A stretch of 64,000 nt of DNA from Raja brachyura (Eukaryota). Under the pieces are notes generated by a model. That model had not been told where the DNA came from. It worked only from the letters and a program-made list of their open reading frames with translations, and did no database searches. Shown one piece after another: positions 1-13,199 of this stretch; positions within the stretch are counted from its first letter, which is position 1, and the number at the start of each line of letters is the position of its first letter. Location of the stretch: contig OY740791.1 in the NCBI GenBank assembly GCA_963514005.1, positions 41,106,001-41,170,000 on the forward strand, read 5' to 3'. Both the position numbers and the translations under genes were made by a program.

Positions 1-1303
1 GAGTTGATTCTCACTCATCTTCATCACAAATAAGTCATATTTATTCAGGCTGGAATCAGGGAACCTGTTTAACATTTTTATCTTTTGAACTTGTTCTTGT
101 TTTGAACACGATTAGCTAAATATTCATACACTGTTAGGCTGTTAGCTCTTTATTGATTACCAAGTTTTTTTGTGACCTGTTCTCTTAATCATTCCAGGAT
201 ATTCTGTGGCAGCAAATATGCAGAACACATTCCAGAAATATCAAACTTGAATAAAGATGCCTACCTGTAAATTAATTTTACTCATAAAACCAACCTGGTG
301 TTATCACATTATTGTCCAACCTTTGTCTTTGTGCATTTTGCTCTGTCGCAACTGCAGCAGAGCCAGTGTACATTTCGCACTAAATTCTTAAATACCTTTC
401 CAATAATTATTCCCACCCGATCACAACCTACTTCCCTCTCATTATATCCTCATGCAAGATTATGACTACTACTTCCCCTCTACTATTCCCTCTTTTAACC
501 TTTTCTCTTTTCTGTTTTTTCATCTGTGATAATGCTGAAAGACAAATGTTGACTATTGAATTGTATTGAAGGCAACACTGACTTGCTCTGAAATAAGTGT
601 CTTTATAAAGGGCACGCGCCATCTTTGTTTAACATCTCATCTGAAAGAGGACATCTGCTACAGAGCAGAATAAGCTTGGAAAGGTTCATGTGTGTTATTT
701 GATATATATTCACATTGTATGCCTTTTCTGTGAGGATGCCAGTCAGAATCAATGGGCACTTGCGTTGATGATTCTGACTGACTCCTGTAAGTGCGGTAAG
801 GCATTGATTGTTAAAATGTGGCAATGAATGTACTTAGCAGCAAAGATCTTTGCTTAGCAGATTACACCAAGACTAACACTTCATCAACATGCATATGATG
901 CACAACTACTAAAAGATATTCATGGGCACAATTTATGGGCTCCTGTTTCAATTGGTTTCATTCAGCAATCCACTCTTCCCTGATTGTGTTACAGTTGGAG
1001 GGACATTCATTGATAGTATGGCAGATTATACCATGTGGAATCCTACAAAACCACAAAGCAATGTAGCTCAAGTCAGATTGACAGTAAAATCCAGGTGTCT
1101 GGACAGATCTTGAAGCACCTTCAGCACACACTGGACAGGTCTCCAAAAAGGGAAGGATAAATCTTCATCACTAATATGAATCAAATATGTTTGCAATGGC
1201 TTATATTTACACTCTGTTATTAATGGTGGCACTGTTCTACACATAAAGGAATGGACACAAAAGGTAGCTTCATTTTGGATCAAACATAAACCTTAAATGC
1301 AGT

Positions 1304-1309
1304 TTTATT
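1304..1309 (-). terminator. Candidate polyadenylation signal AATAAA of the DOK gene
   Basis: TTTATT on the + strand about 85 nt past the stop codon; not verified by transcript data. Confidence 0.35.
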
Positions 1310-1392
1310 GGAAAATAAAACATTTTGAATATTGCAGAGTAATTTTTCAAATGCCTAAATAATTACAAGGATACTTGGAGATTATTCCTCAC

Positions 1393-2346
1393 TCAAGAAT
1401 CATATCTACCCTTTCCCATGCACTGTTGTGTGTTGCTACTTCTCTCAAATTTGCATTCTCGTGTATTACTTGGTGGTTTAGCATATAGGCCAGACAGCAT
1501 CTCATGGAAGCCAGGTGGTAGCTTTGTTTTTGTGACTTTTGAGGTTTCAGGGCTCTTGGAAAACTCTCCTGCTTCATTCTTTTTTCTTATGATAGCTGCA
1601 TACAATTCATGTTTTTGCTCAACCATAGCGTAATCGTAATCCTCTTCTGAATCTTGCTCACTCAATTCAGTTGCTAGGTTCACATAATCTGTGTCAGAAA
1701 ATGTGTCGCTGTCTTTAATATTCTCCCCTGAACTTTGGTAAATTGGCTTTTCTACGCCTTTAAGGACAGATGACCCCTCCTTGAGGGAAAAGGGAAATTC
1801 TCTCTCAGAAATATTCTCATAAACTGAACTTGTTTCTGGATCATCATCTTCCCCACATTCTCTGTATTTTGTAGGATCAGGTGTGAACTTTTTTGTGTCC
1901 TCTTTCTTTGATTTTTCTTTAGACAGCATGACAGTGGCATAAATGATTGGGTCTTCTTTCCTTTCATTTGCAGATGGAGTATTACCAATTGTTTCCACAC
2001 TTGGCTCAGCTCCACAAGCAGATTTATAGTCTTTCCCATCTTGATTTAATTTACTTTTTTCTGTTTTTGAACTTTTCTCAGGGTTCTGCTCATTCTTCAA
2101 TGCATGCCCACTTTCGGCCTTTTTATTGAATAATTCTTGAGAAAAACTTTGAACGTTTGATGCTCTTCGGCCAGATCCTGTGGAAGTCTCAGGGATGGGT
2201 TTCAATGGTCGACATTCTTTTTTGGATTCCAATTCTTTAACAACTCTCCCAACAAGGTGGTAAATTTTTTCAACTTCCTTTGTGTTGAATTTAAAAACCC
2301 CTTCACCGGAATCACATCTTCTGCCTGCCTCAAACGTGAAAACTGC
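1393..2346 (-). CDS. DOK3: DOK3-like exon 5 (PTB C-terminal half and Tyr-rich tail, stop)
   Basis: ttttctgcag|GCA, then AVFTFEAGRRCDSGEGVFKF, in frame with the 279-aa ORF. Tail motifs YATV, YENI, YVNL, YAMV, YAAI. The five exons total 1599 nt (532 aa + stop). Confidence 0.9.
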   Translation of the reverse strand, partial: AVFTFEAGRRCDSGEGVFKFNTKEVEKIYHLVGRVVKELESKKECRPLKPIPETSTGSGRRASNVQSFSQELFNKKAESGHALKNEQNPEKSSKTEKSKLNQDGKDYKSACGAEPSVETIGNTPSANERKEDPIIYATVMLSKEKSKKEDTKKFTPDPTKYRECGEDDDPETSSVYENISEREFPFSLKEGSSVLKGVEKPIYQSSGENIKDSDTFSDTDYVNLATELSEQDSEEDYDYAMVEQKHELYAAIIRKKNEAGEFSKSPETSKVTKTKLPPGFHEMLSGLYAKPPSNTRECKFERSSNTQQCMGKGRYDS

Positions 2347-2869
2347 CTGCAGAAAAAAAAATCTATGTCAATCTATAATTGTCCACAATATAAATTCACA
2401 AAACCACATTTGGCTTTATGTAATATTGAAATATGGAACACATTTCATGTCTGTCAAGTGTAGAAAATCTATTGCATGTGTTGTTTTCAGAAAAATGAAG
2501 AACTGTGATGAAACAAAAGTTGTTTGTTACCCCAGATTGCAAATCACTGTAATTCAAGCCATACTCAAATAAAATTACGTATCCCTTTTGGTTCTCCACT
2601 GGTAAGGTATCAAATACATTCTGTATCAGGTTCACCACCTGAATCTCTAAGAGGGTAAAAATATAGGGATTTATTTTTTTCCAGAGTTTTGAGATTGAGG
2701 GCCATCCATGGTAACTTACTGCGATGTCGCCTTTGTTATTGGTTGCATTTATGGCAATGTCTAAAATGTACTAGATAGTACTTCCACCATAATATAATTA
2801 TTTAATAAGATCCTCAGAGATTACGCAGTAATCTCTCTTGAGATCCTCTGAATCTTCTTCTATCACTTC

Positions 2870-3290
2870 AGCGCAGCTTAACTTGGCAACTCTGCCCGGG
2901 AAACACAAGAAATTACAGAGTTATGGACGCAGCCCAGAACATCATGCAAACTAGCCATCCTCCCCCTCTGTTGACTTAGGAAAGCAGCCAACATAACCAA
3001 GGACCATTCACAACCCAGTCATTCTCCCTTCTCCCATCGGGCAAAGGATACAAAAGCTTGAAAGCGTGATTCAAGGACTGCTTCTTCACTACTGTTATCA
3101 GACATTCTTAAAAGCCAAGGATGCATTCCCAATCCCCAAACTGCTTGGTTGCAGCCCTTGTACACTCTTTTATCTGCAATTTCTCAGAATTCTGCATGGT
3201 TTCATTGTTCTTATGTATGGATGTTTCACCTGGATAGCCGTGGAAAACTAAATTCTCAATGTATCGTGGTACAATAATAATAACACCAAT
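2870..3290 (+). mobile_element. Decayed Rex1/Babar-type LINE 3' fragment
   Basis: Remnants of the KKLQRV..AAQ / KDHSHP..LPSG..YKSL motifs shared with the copies at 46330 and 63700. Confidence 0.6.
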
Positions 3291-3371
3291 AACTCTAGAT
3301 AGCTCAGACAAGAAAAATATATAAACCTGGTGAAAACCAGTGCCCCAGATTCAATTTTGACAGTCAATAAT

Positions 3372-4386
3372 TAGGTATGTTACAAAACTTACTGGCCTTG
3401 TGCGCGACTTTGGCACCTTTAAGGGGGGGGGGCGGGGTTAAAATGCGGTTTTCCCCTTGCCAACGGAATTATATTTTGTTGGAGTGCGAGCTATTTCTGG
3501 AGATTCGTACCAACTGCCGGTAAGTTAATTTTTTTTTTTAATCGCCCGACTATTTCAGCTCTGCAATAAAATAAAAATTAGCTCCTAATGCCGTGAACGC
3601 CGACAACGGGGACCGATTTCACGTAGGGGACAGGTAAGTGAAAGCTGTTTATTTTTTCATATAAACCTGCTTGTTTAGGTGACTTTAATCAATATTTCAT
3701 GTTGCGAAATGGTAATTTAGTCCCCATATGAACTGGTAGAATTTTTCCTGCCGATATTGGTTTAAATTCACCGCAACCGCAACATTCCAATACATCGCGT
3801 TCCAGAAAATCCCACTCGCAAGCTGTTTAAAATGCCCATTAATTTATGGACATTAAACACTAAATTCCTTCAATTTGGCCTATAAATTAATGACAATGAG
3901 ATTTAAAAATCATGTTATATTGTGAATTCTTGTGTGACTGTTATTCGGACACTAAGGCTTTAAAAAAAAAGTTAACATTTTCTTAAGAAATGGATATATG
4001 TTTAGATCTAGTAATTGAATTTTGTAATTAGCTACAATTGGGTAACTAACTAATTATATGCTTTAATTTCGGGTCATTCAAGTAAAATTGTTTCATATTA
4101 ATTTCAGAATGCTTCAATCTATAATAACTGAAAATTTCTTTCAGTTCTCTTAATTTTTAAGAAAGTTATGGGCTTTTGACTGTCCTCGATCACAACATTT
4201 GTGTTAAGTCAATGGAAAGGTAATGGGGAACAAGATGCTAATTTCCGAGTCTGAAAATGGCCATAACACAAATACTGAAGATATGAAAGTGAATTAGGTG
4301 TCAAATTAAACTTCTAAGTATGCTTTATCTGATGGGATAAATTGCAGACTTGACTTTTAAAATCTCAAAATTTTGTAACATTGCTA
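3372..4386 (+). mobile_element. Non-autonomous ~1-kb TIR DNA transposon, copy 1 (7-bp TSD CAATAAT)
   Basis: Ends TAGGTATGTTACAAAA ... TTTTGTAACATTGCTA, with CAATAAT on both flanks. Homologous to 14002-15030 and 32841-33852. Confidence 0.9.
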
Positions 4387-4908
4387 CAATAATTCATTGT
4401 TGAATGGAGATGGTACAACCTTGAAAGTGCATGGGGCGAACAAAAATACTGAGATGGTGGTTGAATGAGAAATACATGCTCACCATCTCGAAAAGATGAG
4501 AAATATATGTGAATATCTATCATAGTGTTACAGATGATTTGTGATCACAATTTTGCTCATCATATGGACCACATCCAAGAAATAGGATCTAACCATTGAA
4601 GGAGGGCTATGAATTAATCACATCCCGCAGATTCATCCAGAGGTAAAGATAGGAATGGTGGATAGTTTTGGTCACTTTGCTAGCATCTGGCAATGTTTTG
4701 CATCTTGATTTGCAGACCCTTATGGTTTTTGGCTGGGTTGATGACACAGAAGGTACCGAAGGAACAGTGATCGAATCAGCATAGAACTTGTCAACAGTCA
4801 TCCTTGACAATCCTGAGCCTGGAGCAGGGATGAGATTGGTTTATCCCAACTCTTGTGCCAGTCCAACTCATGAAGCATACATCTGGATATATCCTGAAAA
4901 CTGATTGT

Positions 4909-5069
4909 TAAAGAAGGAACTGCAGATGCTGGGAAATCGAGGGTGCAGAAAAGGCTGGAGAAACTCAGCGGGTGCAGCAGCATCTAAGGACCAAAGGAGA
5001 TAGGCGACGTTTCGGGTTGAGACCCTTCTTCAGACTGAAGAAGGGTCTCGACCCGAAACGTCGCCTATC
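4909..5069. mobile_element. Penelope-like pseudo-LTR insertion with inverted duplication and hammerhead-like cores
   Basis: Flanked by TCCTGAAAACTGATTGT at 4892-4908 and 5070-5086. Inverted arms of 39 bp centred on 5034. Confidence 0.8.
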
Positions 5070-5782
5070 TCCTGAAAACTGATTGTCTGGTTCAGAAGGA
5101 CACGAGGAATCTGATCCAGGCATTCACACGGGTCTCAATCTGATAGATTGTTAATTAATTGACCTATGAGTCAACCGGCCCAATCTACATGTTTGCAACA
5201 GATTGGAACACATTTATCTTTTAAACAACCTATATCGAGGCCTGCGTAAATAGAAATAAATCAGCTGCATGATCAATTGCTAAGATAAACCCCACATTTT
5301 AACAGCCAAAGGAATAAATCAATATATCATTCTTTCTCCCATATTCAAACAACAAACAAAATTTGCTTGATTTTATTGTCTCCGCCTGCAGTAAATCTAG
5401 CACAAAAGATGGGTTAGGGTTAGGTCTAGCCTTGTCCTGTTCCAGTGAGGTGTATTTCCCTTGAACAGTTGTTTATAAACGTAGACATCGGAGGGAAAAA
5501 AATTCAGAATGGCAATAAACTGAAATATTTTATCTATTAAAAGTTTCTTTGTTGTGTTCATGACTGGGATCAAACATTTCTATATCATATAATTCATGAC
5601 CCTGTATCAGCAAAACAAAATGGAGATGGTAGAATCAAAATGGAGTACTGTGTCAATCAATTAGTCACAGGTATAATTAATGAATTATACAGTAAGGAGA
5701 CTCAGGGACGATGTGAACAATTTGCAAGGAGCTTTAGATAGAACAAGTCCTAACTTGCAATGCAACTACGAATAGATTTGAC

Positions 5783-5805
5783 GAGAGAGAGGTAGGGGGG
5801 GGGGG

Positions 5806-5843
<38 letters not shown>

Positions 5844-5851
5844 GGAGAGAG
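5783..5851. repeat. poly-G plus (GA)n microsatellite
   Basis: Directly visible. Confidence 0.9.
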
Positions 5852-7085
5852 CAGGATTACAGTCTTAGGTCAAAACTATAATAATCAGAACACAGAGATC
5901 ATATTTGAGTATAACAGTCTGTAGTATTTTTTATCATTCTCTTCAGTCATTTTTGCTTGCAGCTGCATTGCAAGTTTGGACCTGTTCCATCTAAACCTCC
6001 TTGCAAGTGTTTATATTATTGCAATTGTGGTACTTGGTCAATTTTTATAAGCCTTTTACAAGAGATCTGGGTATGTCCTGTTTTGTGAGCCTGGCCTACA
6101 TGTTCCCATCCAGAACAGTTCAGACTGATGTCAAATAGGTGTAAGGGCGACCTACATATAGATGCAAAGAATTTAAATAATTCATATATATAGGATGGGT
6201 TCAGGGCAAGCTGAAAGAGCGGGTTACGAGAAGCTAATGGCACACCATTTCTTCTTTGCTGACTCTTAAAGCAGCCAAGGGTCCTACTAGAAACAGGTAG
6301 TGCCTACTCTATGTTTAAGTGTGGAAGTCCAATCTGGTCATTTTTCCTATTGGCCTCATTTTATCTGTAATTTTGGGGAAGCTGATCCTGACTGGCAAAC
6401 CATGGCAGTAGTCATCAGATTGCCAGAAGAGTAAAGATAAGCATAAAAATAACAGTACATTGGATTGTTTTTGTGTCAGGAGGAGTAGAAATACATCAGT
6501 CTGTCCATGAGAATTTATTGGGATTTCCGTAATCCTATGTAGACTCCACTTTTTCTTATTGGCCATGGTTACCAACGACTTCATTAAATGTATGTCCAGG
6601 AAGTGGTCCAGTATCTTAAATTTCCCAACCTGGTTTCATACTTCTTGCTCCAACATCAAATATGCCAGTTTCAAGAGGCAGCCGTGGATTTCTAAATGAG
6701 ATCTAACGTTAAAATGGCTTGGGTATGAGAGCAATGTTGTGATTTACCTCCAATTCATTCTTAAAGATCCCCCAAGCATAACCATCGCCAATATTAGTTA
6801 CTAAAAAGTGACAGTTTTATAGTACTATGTTTTTCACCTCATGCACATCTGTCACTCTGATCTCTGCTTCCCACAATAGGTTTTGCACCATAATGCATAA
6901 TGAATCTCAAATTGCACATATTCAATTGATCTCAGTGTGAACTTGCTGATGGCACTGATTTCGAGCAGAACTATTTCAATATGTATACTGCATCAGTGGA
7001 CATGGTCCATAACAAGCTTAACAGAGTTAATTTGGAAACAGAACATAACACGTAGCAGAGTAAAAAAAAACAGAAAATGCTTCAC

Positions 7086-7267
7086 CTGATCCATTCCATA
7101 TCTCCGCAGTAATTGGTATGGCCATTTATAGACAACTTCCTTAGTTACGGGATCACTCAAAATCAGACTGTCATTCCCAACTATCAACGTGTATTTTCCG
7201 TTAAGATTACATCTAGTTGTAGTTGTCGTCTTCTGCACAGTCACAGTGAACTGGTTATCAGGCTTAA
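7086..7267 (-). CDS. DOK3: DOK3-like exon 4 (IRS-type PTB domain, N-terminal half)
   Basis: cacag|TTAAG ... CAG|gtgaag, 182 nt, phase 1 to 0. FTVTVQKT...RCNLNGKYTL...VYKWPYQLLRRYG. Confidence 0.9.
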
Positions 7268-7549
7268 CTGTGGGATACATTATCAATGATCTTGTTACAA
7301 CGTTTTTCCATAAACAATCTTTAATACTGAAATTAATCTGTTCCACTACAGGAATGTAGAACAGCTCTGTGGTTGTGATTATTGATTATGCCAGAGTATT
7401 ACTTTGTAGTTTGCGCTTCTGAGTTAAAGAATGGTGAACATTTCACGGGATTCCTTCCATGAAAAAGAGTGGACCTCACGATCTCTCCATGAAATTTCCA
7501 CTGTTACCTGCACCAACCAAGTGGTCTTTTCCATGTTGCCACACCACTC

Positions 7550-8950
7550 ATAAGTTCATGTTCATAAGTTATAGGAGCAGAATTAGGCCATTTGGCCCAC
7601 CAGGTCTACTCCCCCATTCAATCATGGTTTATCTATCTTTCCCTCTCAACCCCCTTCCCCCACAACCTCCAGTGTTCCAGAAAAAATAATTCAACCTGTC
7701 CCTATAGCTCACATGCCCTAATCCAGGCATCATTCTGATAAACCTCCTCTGCACCCTTTCCAAAGCCTCCACATCCTTCCTGTAATGGGGTAACCAGAAC
7801 TGCACAAAATACTCCAAATGTGTCTAACCAAAATCCTGTAAAGTCACATCATAACTTCCTGACTCATTTTCAAAGCTCCAACCAATAAAAGCAAACATAC
7901 CAATTAGCTTTTCTACCAGTCCATCTACTGTACATGTGTTGCCATTTTCAGGCAGTTATGGACTTGGACCCCAATATCCCTCAGTACATCAATACTGTTA
8001 AGGGTCATGCAATTAATTATCTATGCCCCCCTTATATTTGACCTCCCAAAATGCAACACTTCACACTTGCTCGGATTAAACTCCATCTGCCATTTCTCTC
8101 CCCATTTCTATAGCTGATCTATATCCCACTGTATAATTTGACAGCCTTCCTATCTTCTCACCATAACCCTCTGTCTTTTCTCAGTAAGCCAGTTCTGAGT
8201 CCATGTGACCAAGTTACTGATAATCCCGTGCATCTTCTGGGTTGGCCCCAATGGGGGATTTAATCAAATGCCTTACTACAAATGGACAACCTCTTTGATC
8301 ATCCATAATTCCTTTACTTTGCCATCCTTATCCCTCCTCTTTTACTGGAACATGCAGATTCTGAACATCGACCAACTGGCCTTTAAACAATTCCCACATT
8401 TCAAGATGTAGACTTACCCAATAACAATTGCTCCGTGTGCCCTCCCAAGCTCCTGCCTCATAACATTACAGTTTGCCTTACTCCAATTAAGCACCTTCCC
8501 TCAAGTTCCATTCTTCTTCCTATTCAAAACAATCTTACAACTTATAGAGGTGTGATCACTATCTCCAACATGCTCTTCCACTGAAACATCAGTAACCTAC
8601 CAGGCTCATTCCCCGACACAAGGTCTCTGAAGAAGGGTCCCGACCCGAAACATCACCCATTCCTTCTGTACAGAGATGCTAATTGTCCCATTGAGTTTCT
8701 CCAGCATTTTGTGTCTACCTTTGGTTTAAACCAGCATCTGCAGTTCCTTCCTACACACTAGTATGTCCCCTTCTTGGCCTGGACCATCCACATGCTGTTT
8801 CAGATACACATCTCAATTCTGCCGAATCTAAGCCGTTGGCACTAAGCAAGTCCTGGCAATATTGGGAAAGTTAAAATCACCCTCTAAGACAACTCTGTTC
8901 TTTTGGCATTTTTAAATAATCTTTCTGCATATCTGTTCCTCTATATCCTG
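7550..8950 (-). mobile_element. Decayed CR1 LINE (3' region) with a Penelope tail inserted at 8627-8757
   Basis: EYFVQFWLPHYRKDVEALERVQRRFIRMMPGL is the CR1 ORF2 C-terminal motif. Confidence 0.8.
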
Positions 8951-9195
8951 CTTGTTTATAAACAAAACTTCCCTCTCCCTCCCATTAACCCTTCTACCAA
9001 TCACTCTCTCATTTTTAACCCATAGTAACATGGCCCTTCATAATTTCCTATACTTCAGTTACGCCACCTTGAACTTTTACTGTTCCAAAGTAACTTTATC
9101 TTTGCCAAGTAAAGGATCACAGGGAACAAGCAGGAAGGTGGAGCTGAGGCCGAGGTTGGATCAACCCTGATACTCGTAAATGGCATAATGATTAC

Positions 9196-9493
9196 ACCAA
9201 TGCTCAGTCTGCCTTGGTCTACGCGATCTCCTGATTGTCAAACATTTTAATCCCGCTTCCCATGCTGACCTTTCTGCCCTGGGCCTCCTCCTCTGTCAGA
9301 GTGAGGTCACAAGCAAATTGGAGGAACAGCACCGTTTCATACTTCTAGTTTCCCTCAGTCTGAAGAAGGGTTTCGACCCCTGAAACATCACCTATTCCTT
9401 TACTCCAGAGATGCTGCCTCACCTGCTGAGTTATTCCAGCATTTTTTGTCTAACTTTGGTGTAAACCAGCATCTGCAGTCCCTCCCTACACAG
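9196..9493 (+). mobile_element. Penelope-like retroelement 3' fragment
   Basis: Remnant KHFN...DLSALGLLLCQSEVTSKLEEQH (endonuclease C-terminus), then the CTGAAGA..GAAAC tail. TGATTAC on both flanks. Confidence 0.75.
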
Positions 9494-9652
9494 TGATTAC
9501 GTGACCTACTCTTAATACAAGTCAGATGCAAGTCAGATGAAGAGTGCATTAACATTTTATGTGATTAAGAAAAATTTGCACAAACAACAACTGCATCCTC
9601 ACTGTATGCCGTAGACATTACTTTACATTGGATAGCATATGTATTACTGCAC

Positions 9653-9761
9653 CTTGAGATAGGGATGAATAAAGCTCATTTTCTTTCATCGAAAATGATT
9701 CACTGGATGACATGGAACTGGGTGCTGGAAAATCTTCACTTTTATTCTGCGCATTGGTATC
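9653..9761 (-). CDS. DOK3: DOK3-like exon 3 (PH-PTB linker)
   Basis: ccag|GATACC ... CAAG|gtgcag, 109 nt, phase 0 to 1. Encodes the conserved DOK linker motif MKENELYSS. Confidence 0.85.
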
Positions 9762-10749
9762 CTGGCAATGTGGAGGAATGAAAACAAATAGTTAAACAAT
9801 TTAACAAAAATTAATAAACAGTATAATGTTCTAATTCTATACAACATTTCTACACTTCTACCCACTTTGAAATTGGGCGATCTGAGACCGAGCCCAATTT
9901 ATTGACAGCCAAGATTAACTACTGTGAGTATTTTCCTCATGCTCCCCAGAACAATTTAGTTCATCCAAGGCAACATGTGCTGCTTTGCAAAGATATCATC
10001 CAACAACATTACCTATACAATTATGCCATTGATTACTGCAGAACACATACACAAAGCACGTGTGTGTACCTTTGTAATATTTCAAAAGTAATCAGATACA
10101 TGTACTGTGAGGAGCAACATTGCAGGACTAATAATATTCTGAAGCCAATCTTAGAAATGTTTCTAAAAAGGTATTTTATGTTTATAACAGTGACTTCACT
10201 TAAAAATGAAATTGACTGTAAAGCACCAAAGTGGCCTGAAAGGGTCTTGTAAGGCATTTACAAATGCAAGACATCCTTTTATAGCATGGTATGGTACCGT
10301 TGGAGAAACATTTCCCTTTTCCTGAATTTGGAATTTTCTTGAATCAGCTGTGGCTATGTCTAGATACAGAGAAAATCTTTCTCCGTCCTGGTCACTCTGC
10401 TACGAAGACACCCTGCGATAACCTTGGAAGAGGACCAATCCTATGATTTCAGTTGTTGATAAGTAGGAATGTAGGAATTGTGTCAATGTACTTAAGGGGG
10501 AAATTCCTCCAGTGTAACCATACCATTAGCAATCTAATTCAGACTTCCAACCCCATTACAGCCAATAGACAAAGGCATCTTTCATGCCTTCAACAGGATG
10601 GATTTGAACTACTGATGAAAGATTAGTTTGAGTTGCACAAAAGGGGGTTGTTGTTGTTGTGATAGAATTCTGTTCCAGTATCACTATCCTTTCCCTCATG
10701 ATGTTATTGTGGGAAAATATTCAAGATTTCCATTATCACATTATGTGAC

Positions 10750-11125
10750 TGCAGAGTCATGGAGCACAGAAATAGGTCCTTAAGCCCACTGTGTTCATGT
10801 TGCCCATCAATAACCCATCTATACAATTCCCATGTATGCAGCCTTCTGTAGCCTTGCAACTCCAGTGCTCATCTACATATGGTAAATAATGTGAGTGATC
10901 TTGCCTCCCCACTTCCTCAGGCAGGTTCCAGGTTCCAATCACCTTCAAGGTGAAACATACTCTTTATCGGAGCCCTCTTGCCTGTGGACTATGCCCTTGA
11001 GCTGCAATGGGGTAATGTTTCCCACCATCTACCTTACCCATTCTCCCTGTAATTTTGGATATTTACTCAAATCTTCCCTCAGCATCCTCCATTCCAAGGA
11101 TAACAAACATACCTGCATCTTCGAT
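10750..11125 (-). mobile_element. Old CR1 3' tail
   Basis: Similar to the other CR1 3' ends in the window. Confidence 0.55.
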
Positions 11126-11526
11126 TAATTAAATCTTTGTGGAGTGTTCAAATTTAAATTTTGTTTATTTTGATTTATATTTCATAGAATTTCATGCAAC
11201 TGGATCCTCATCTTCCTCATCCACAGACCACAATCTGTACAAAATGGCAGCAACACTTCCTCCTCAATAGTCAATAGCACAGGAGCACCTCAAGGTTGCT
11301 GCTTAGCCCCCTGCTCTACTCACTCTATACTCATGACTGTGTAGCCGGATACAGTTCCAACTCCATCATCAAATTTGATGATGACACCATCTTGTTGGAT
11401 GAATTACAGATGACGATGAGTCATCAGTGTATAAGAGGGAGATCTTTCAACTGACCGAATGATGCCAGAAGAACACCCTTGCTCTCAACACCAGTAAAAC
11501 CGAGGAACTGATTGTTGACTTCCTTA

Positions 11527-12952
11527 TGGGCCTGTCCCACTTAGGCGACTTTTTAGTCGCGTGCAGTAGACGCTGCGCTCGCCACATGGTCGCCACATGT
11601 TCGCTGGTGGTCTCTGGTGAGTCTCCTTCATGGTCGCGAGGAGTTCCTGCAGTCTGGGAACTAGTCGCGGCCTTAGTATAACACGTTGAAAAATTTTCTG
11701 CGACCAAAAATTGGTCGCCATGAAAATAATCGATAATCCTGTTGACGTAGGTGCAGTTGTAGTGGGGTCGCCATGTAATCGAGGTAGTCATAGGCATGAG
11801 CGGAACTCGCTATCAAAACATGGAGGTGACGGGGGACACAATTGTTTGGCGGCCGCGCGCGCATGCGCCCACTCCCCCACACATGCGCGAGGCTTCGGAG
11901 GCTCAATCCAGCGCTAAATGCAGCTCAACTCTGCCTGTCTCACCGGGTTAACTACAGCCCTGTCTGGACAGATGGGATACCAGCACTGCTTCTCCACTCT
12001 GGCCATATTTCCCGCAAACCCAGGCAGGTTCACTTAGCGGGACAGGCATAGTGAGCTAGGTGTAGCGCTGGCTGTGGGCATGGGGGCGCCGCTCCCGTCT
12101 GACTGGCGACCTCTCTGGCCACCTGTGGGGGGGGGGCGGAGACCCGGCCAGGATCGATCCTGGCTGAGGATGAGGTGCAGGTCTGACACGTCTCCCTCCG
12201 CCAATCACCGCACTCTATCCTCAGTCCCACCACTCACGTCTCCCTCCTCCAATCATCGCGCTGAATCATCATGTCCCGCCCCCATTACCTGCTGACCGGC
12301 GTCTCTCTCGTCCAATCTGCATCCTTGATCAGCAGTCCCACCTCCACTGTCTCGCGGAAAGCGGAAATTTTAAAATCCGGATCACAAAAACTTGGGGGGG
12401 ATGTCCCCCACCTCTCAAAACATGGAGAAGACGTGTCCCCTCTGCCCCCCCCCCCCACGGTCGTAGGTCGTTTTAGTTGATTGCCTTTGCTGTCCAGTCA
12501 TTTTCATTGGCTCATTGGGGGAAAAAAACATAAGCAGTCGTTTTCAGAACGAAGGATAACCGACCAGCAATGTGAAATGTCCACTGAACTTCACAGCTGT
12601 GTATTTCTGGCTTATTATAAATTGTCTGGCTTCTTAAAAGTTATCTTCCCCCCCCCCCCACCGTTTTAAAGGACTTACCGTACACTGTGCTAGCCGTCTT
12701 AATTACAGCGCCAACCTTCCTGTTCATTGCGGTGTGTGTCTGTATCACCTTGACTTTGCACCGTGCGAATTTTAGACAGTGCTCCCCCCGCTTGGCCTGG
12801 CCCCCGCCTTTGCAATGTGTGTTTGTGTGTGTGTGTGTGTGTGTGTTCCACTCTGACAGTCGCTGTTCCAGTTCCAGGTTTTGCAGGCGACTGCCAGCAA
12901 CTAGACAGTCGCCGGCAGTCTGCTGAAAAGTTGGCTAAGTGGGACTGGCCCA
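11527..12952. mobile_element. PIF/Harbinger-like non-autonomous element
   Basis: TIR TGGGCCTGTCCCACTTA / TAAGTGGGACTGGCCCA, flanks TTA and TAA. A related inverted truncated copy starts at 48505. Confidence 0.8.
11795..12459. mobile_element. Non-autonomous hAT-like element nested in the Harbinger-like element
   Basis: 8-bp flanks GTCATAGG / GTCGTAGG. Subterminal CAAAACATGGAG near both ends. The segment is absent from the sister copy at 48505. Confidence 0.6.
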
Positions 12953-13199
12953 TAAAAGGAAGGTCGTGGATCCACAACCTGTGTTCATTGACGGGACAAT
13001 GGTGGAGAGAATCAAAAACTTCAAATTCCTCGACGTCGATATCTCTGAAGATCTGTTCTTGATGCAGCACATTGACGCAATTATATAAAAAAACTTATCA
13101 ATGCTTCTAGTTCCTTAGAAGGCTTTGGAAATTCGGATTTCAAGGAATACTCTCTTGAACTTCCACCGGTGTACACTAGATAGCATATTGATAGTACAC

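Noticed and set aside
2580-2640. Exon-like segment (ag|GTGGTG...GATAC|gtaatt) on the minus strand
   Set aside because: It would interrupt the PTB domain, which is already continuous between 7086 and 2346.
4607-4810. Ser/Thr/Pro-rich 67-aa ORF in DOK intron 4
   Set aside because: No supporting splice sites or homology, and not needed by the gene model.
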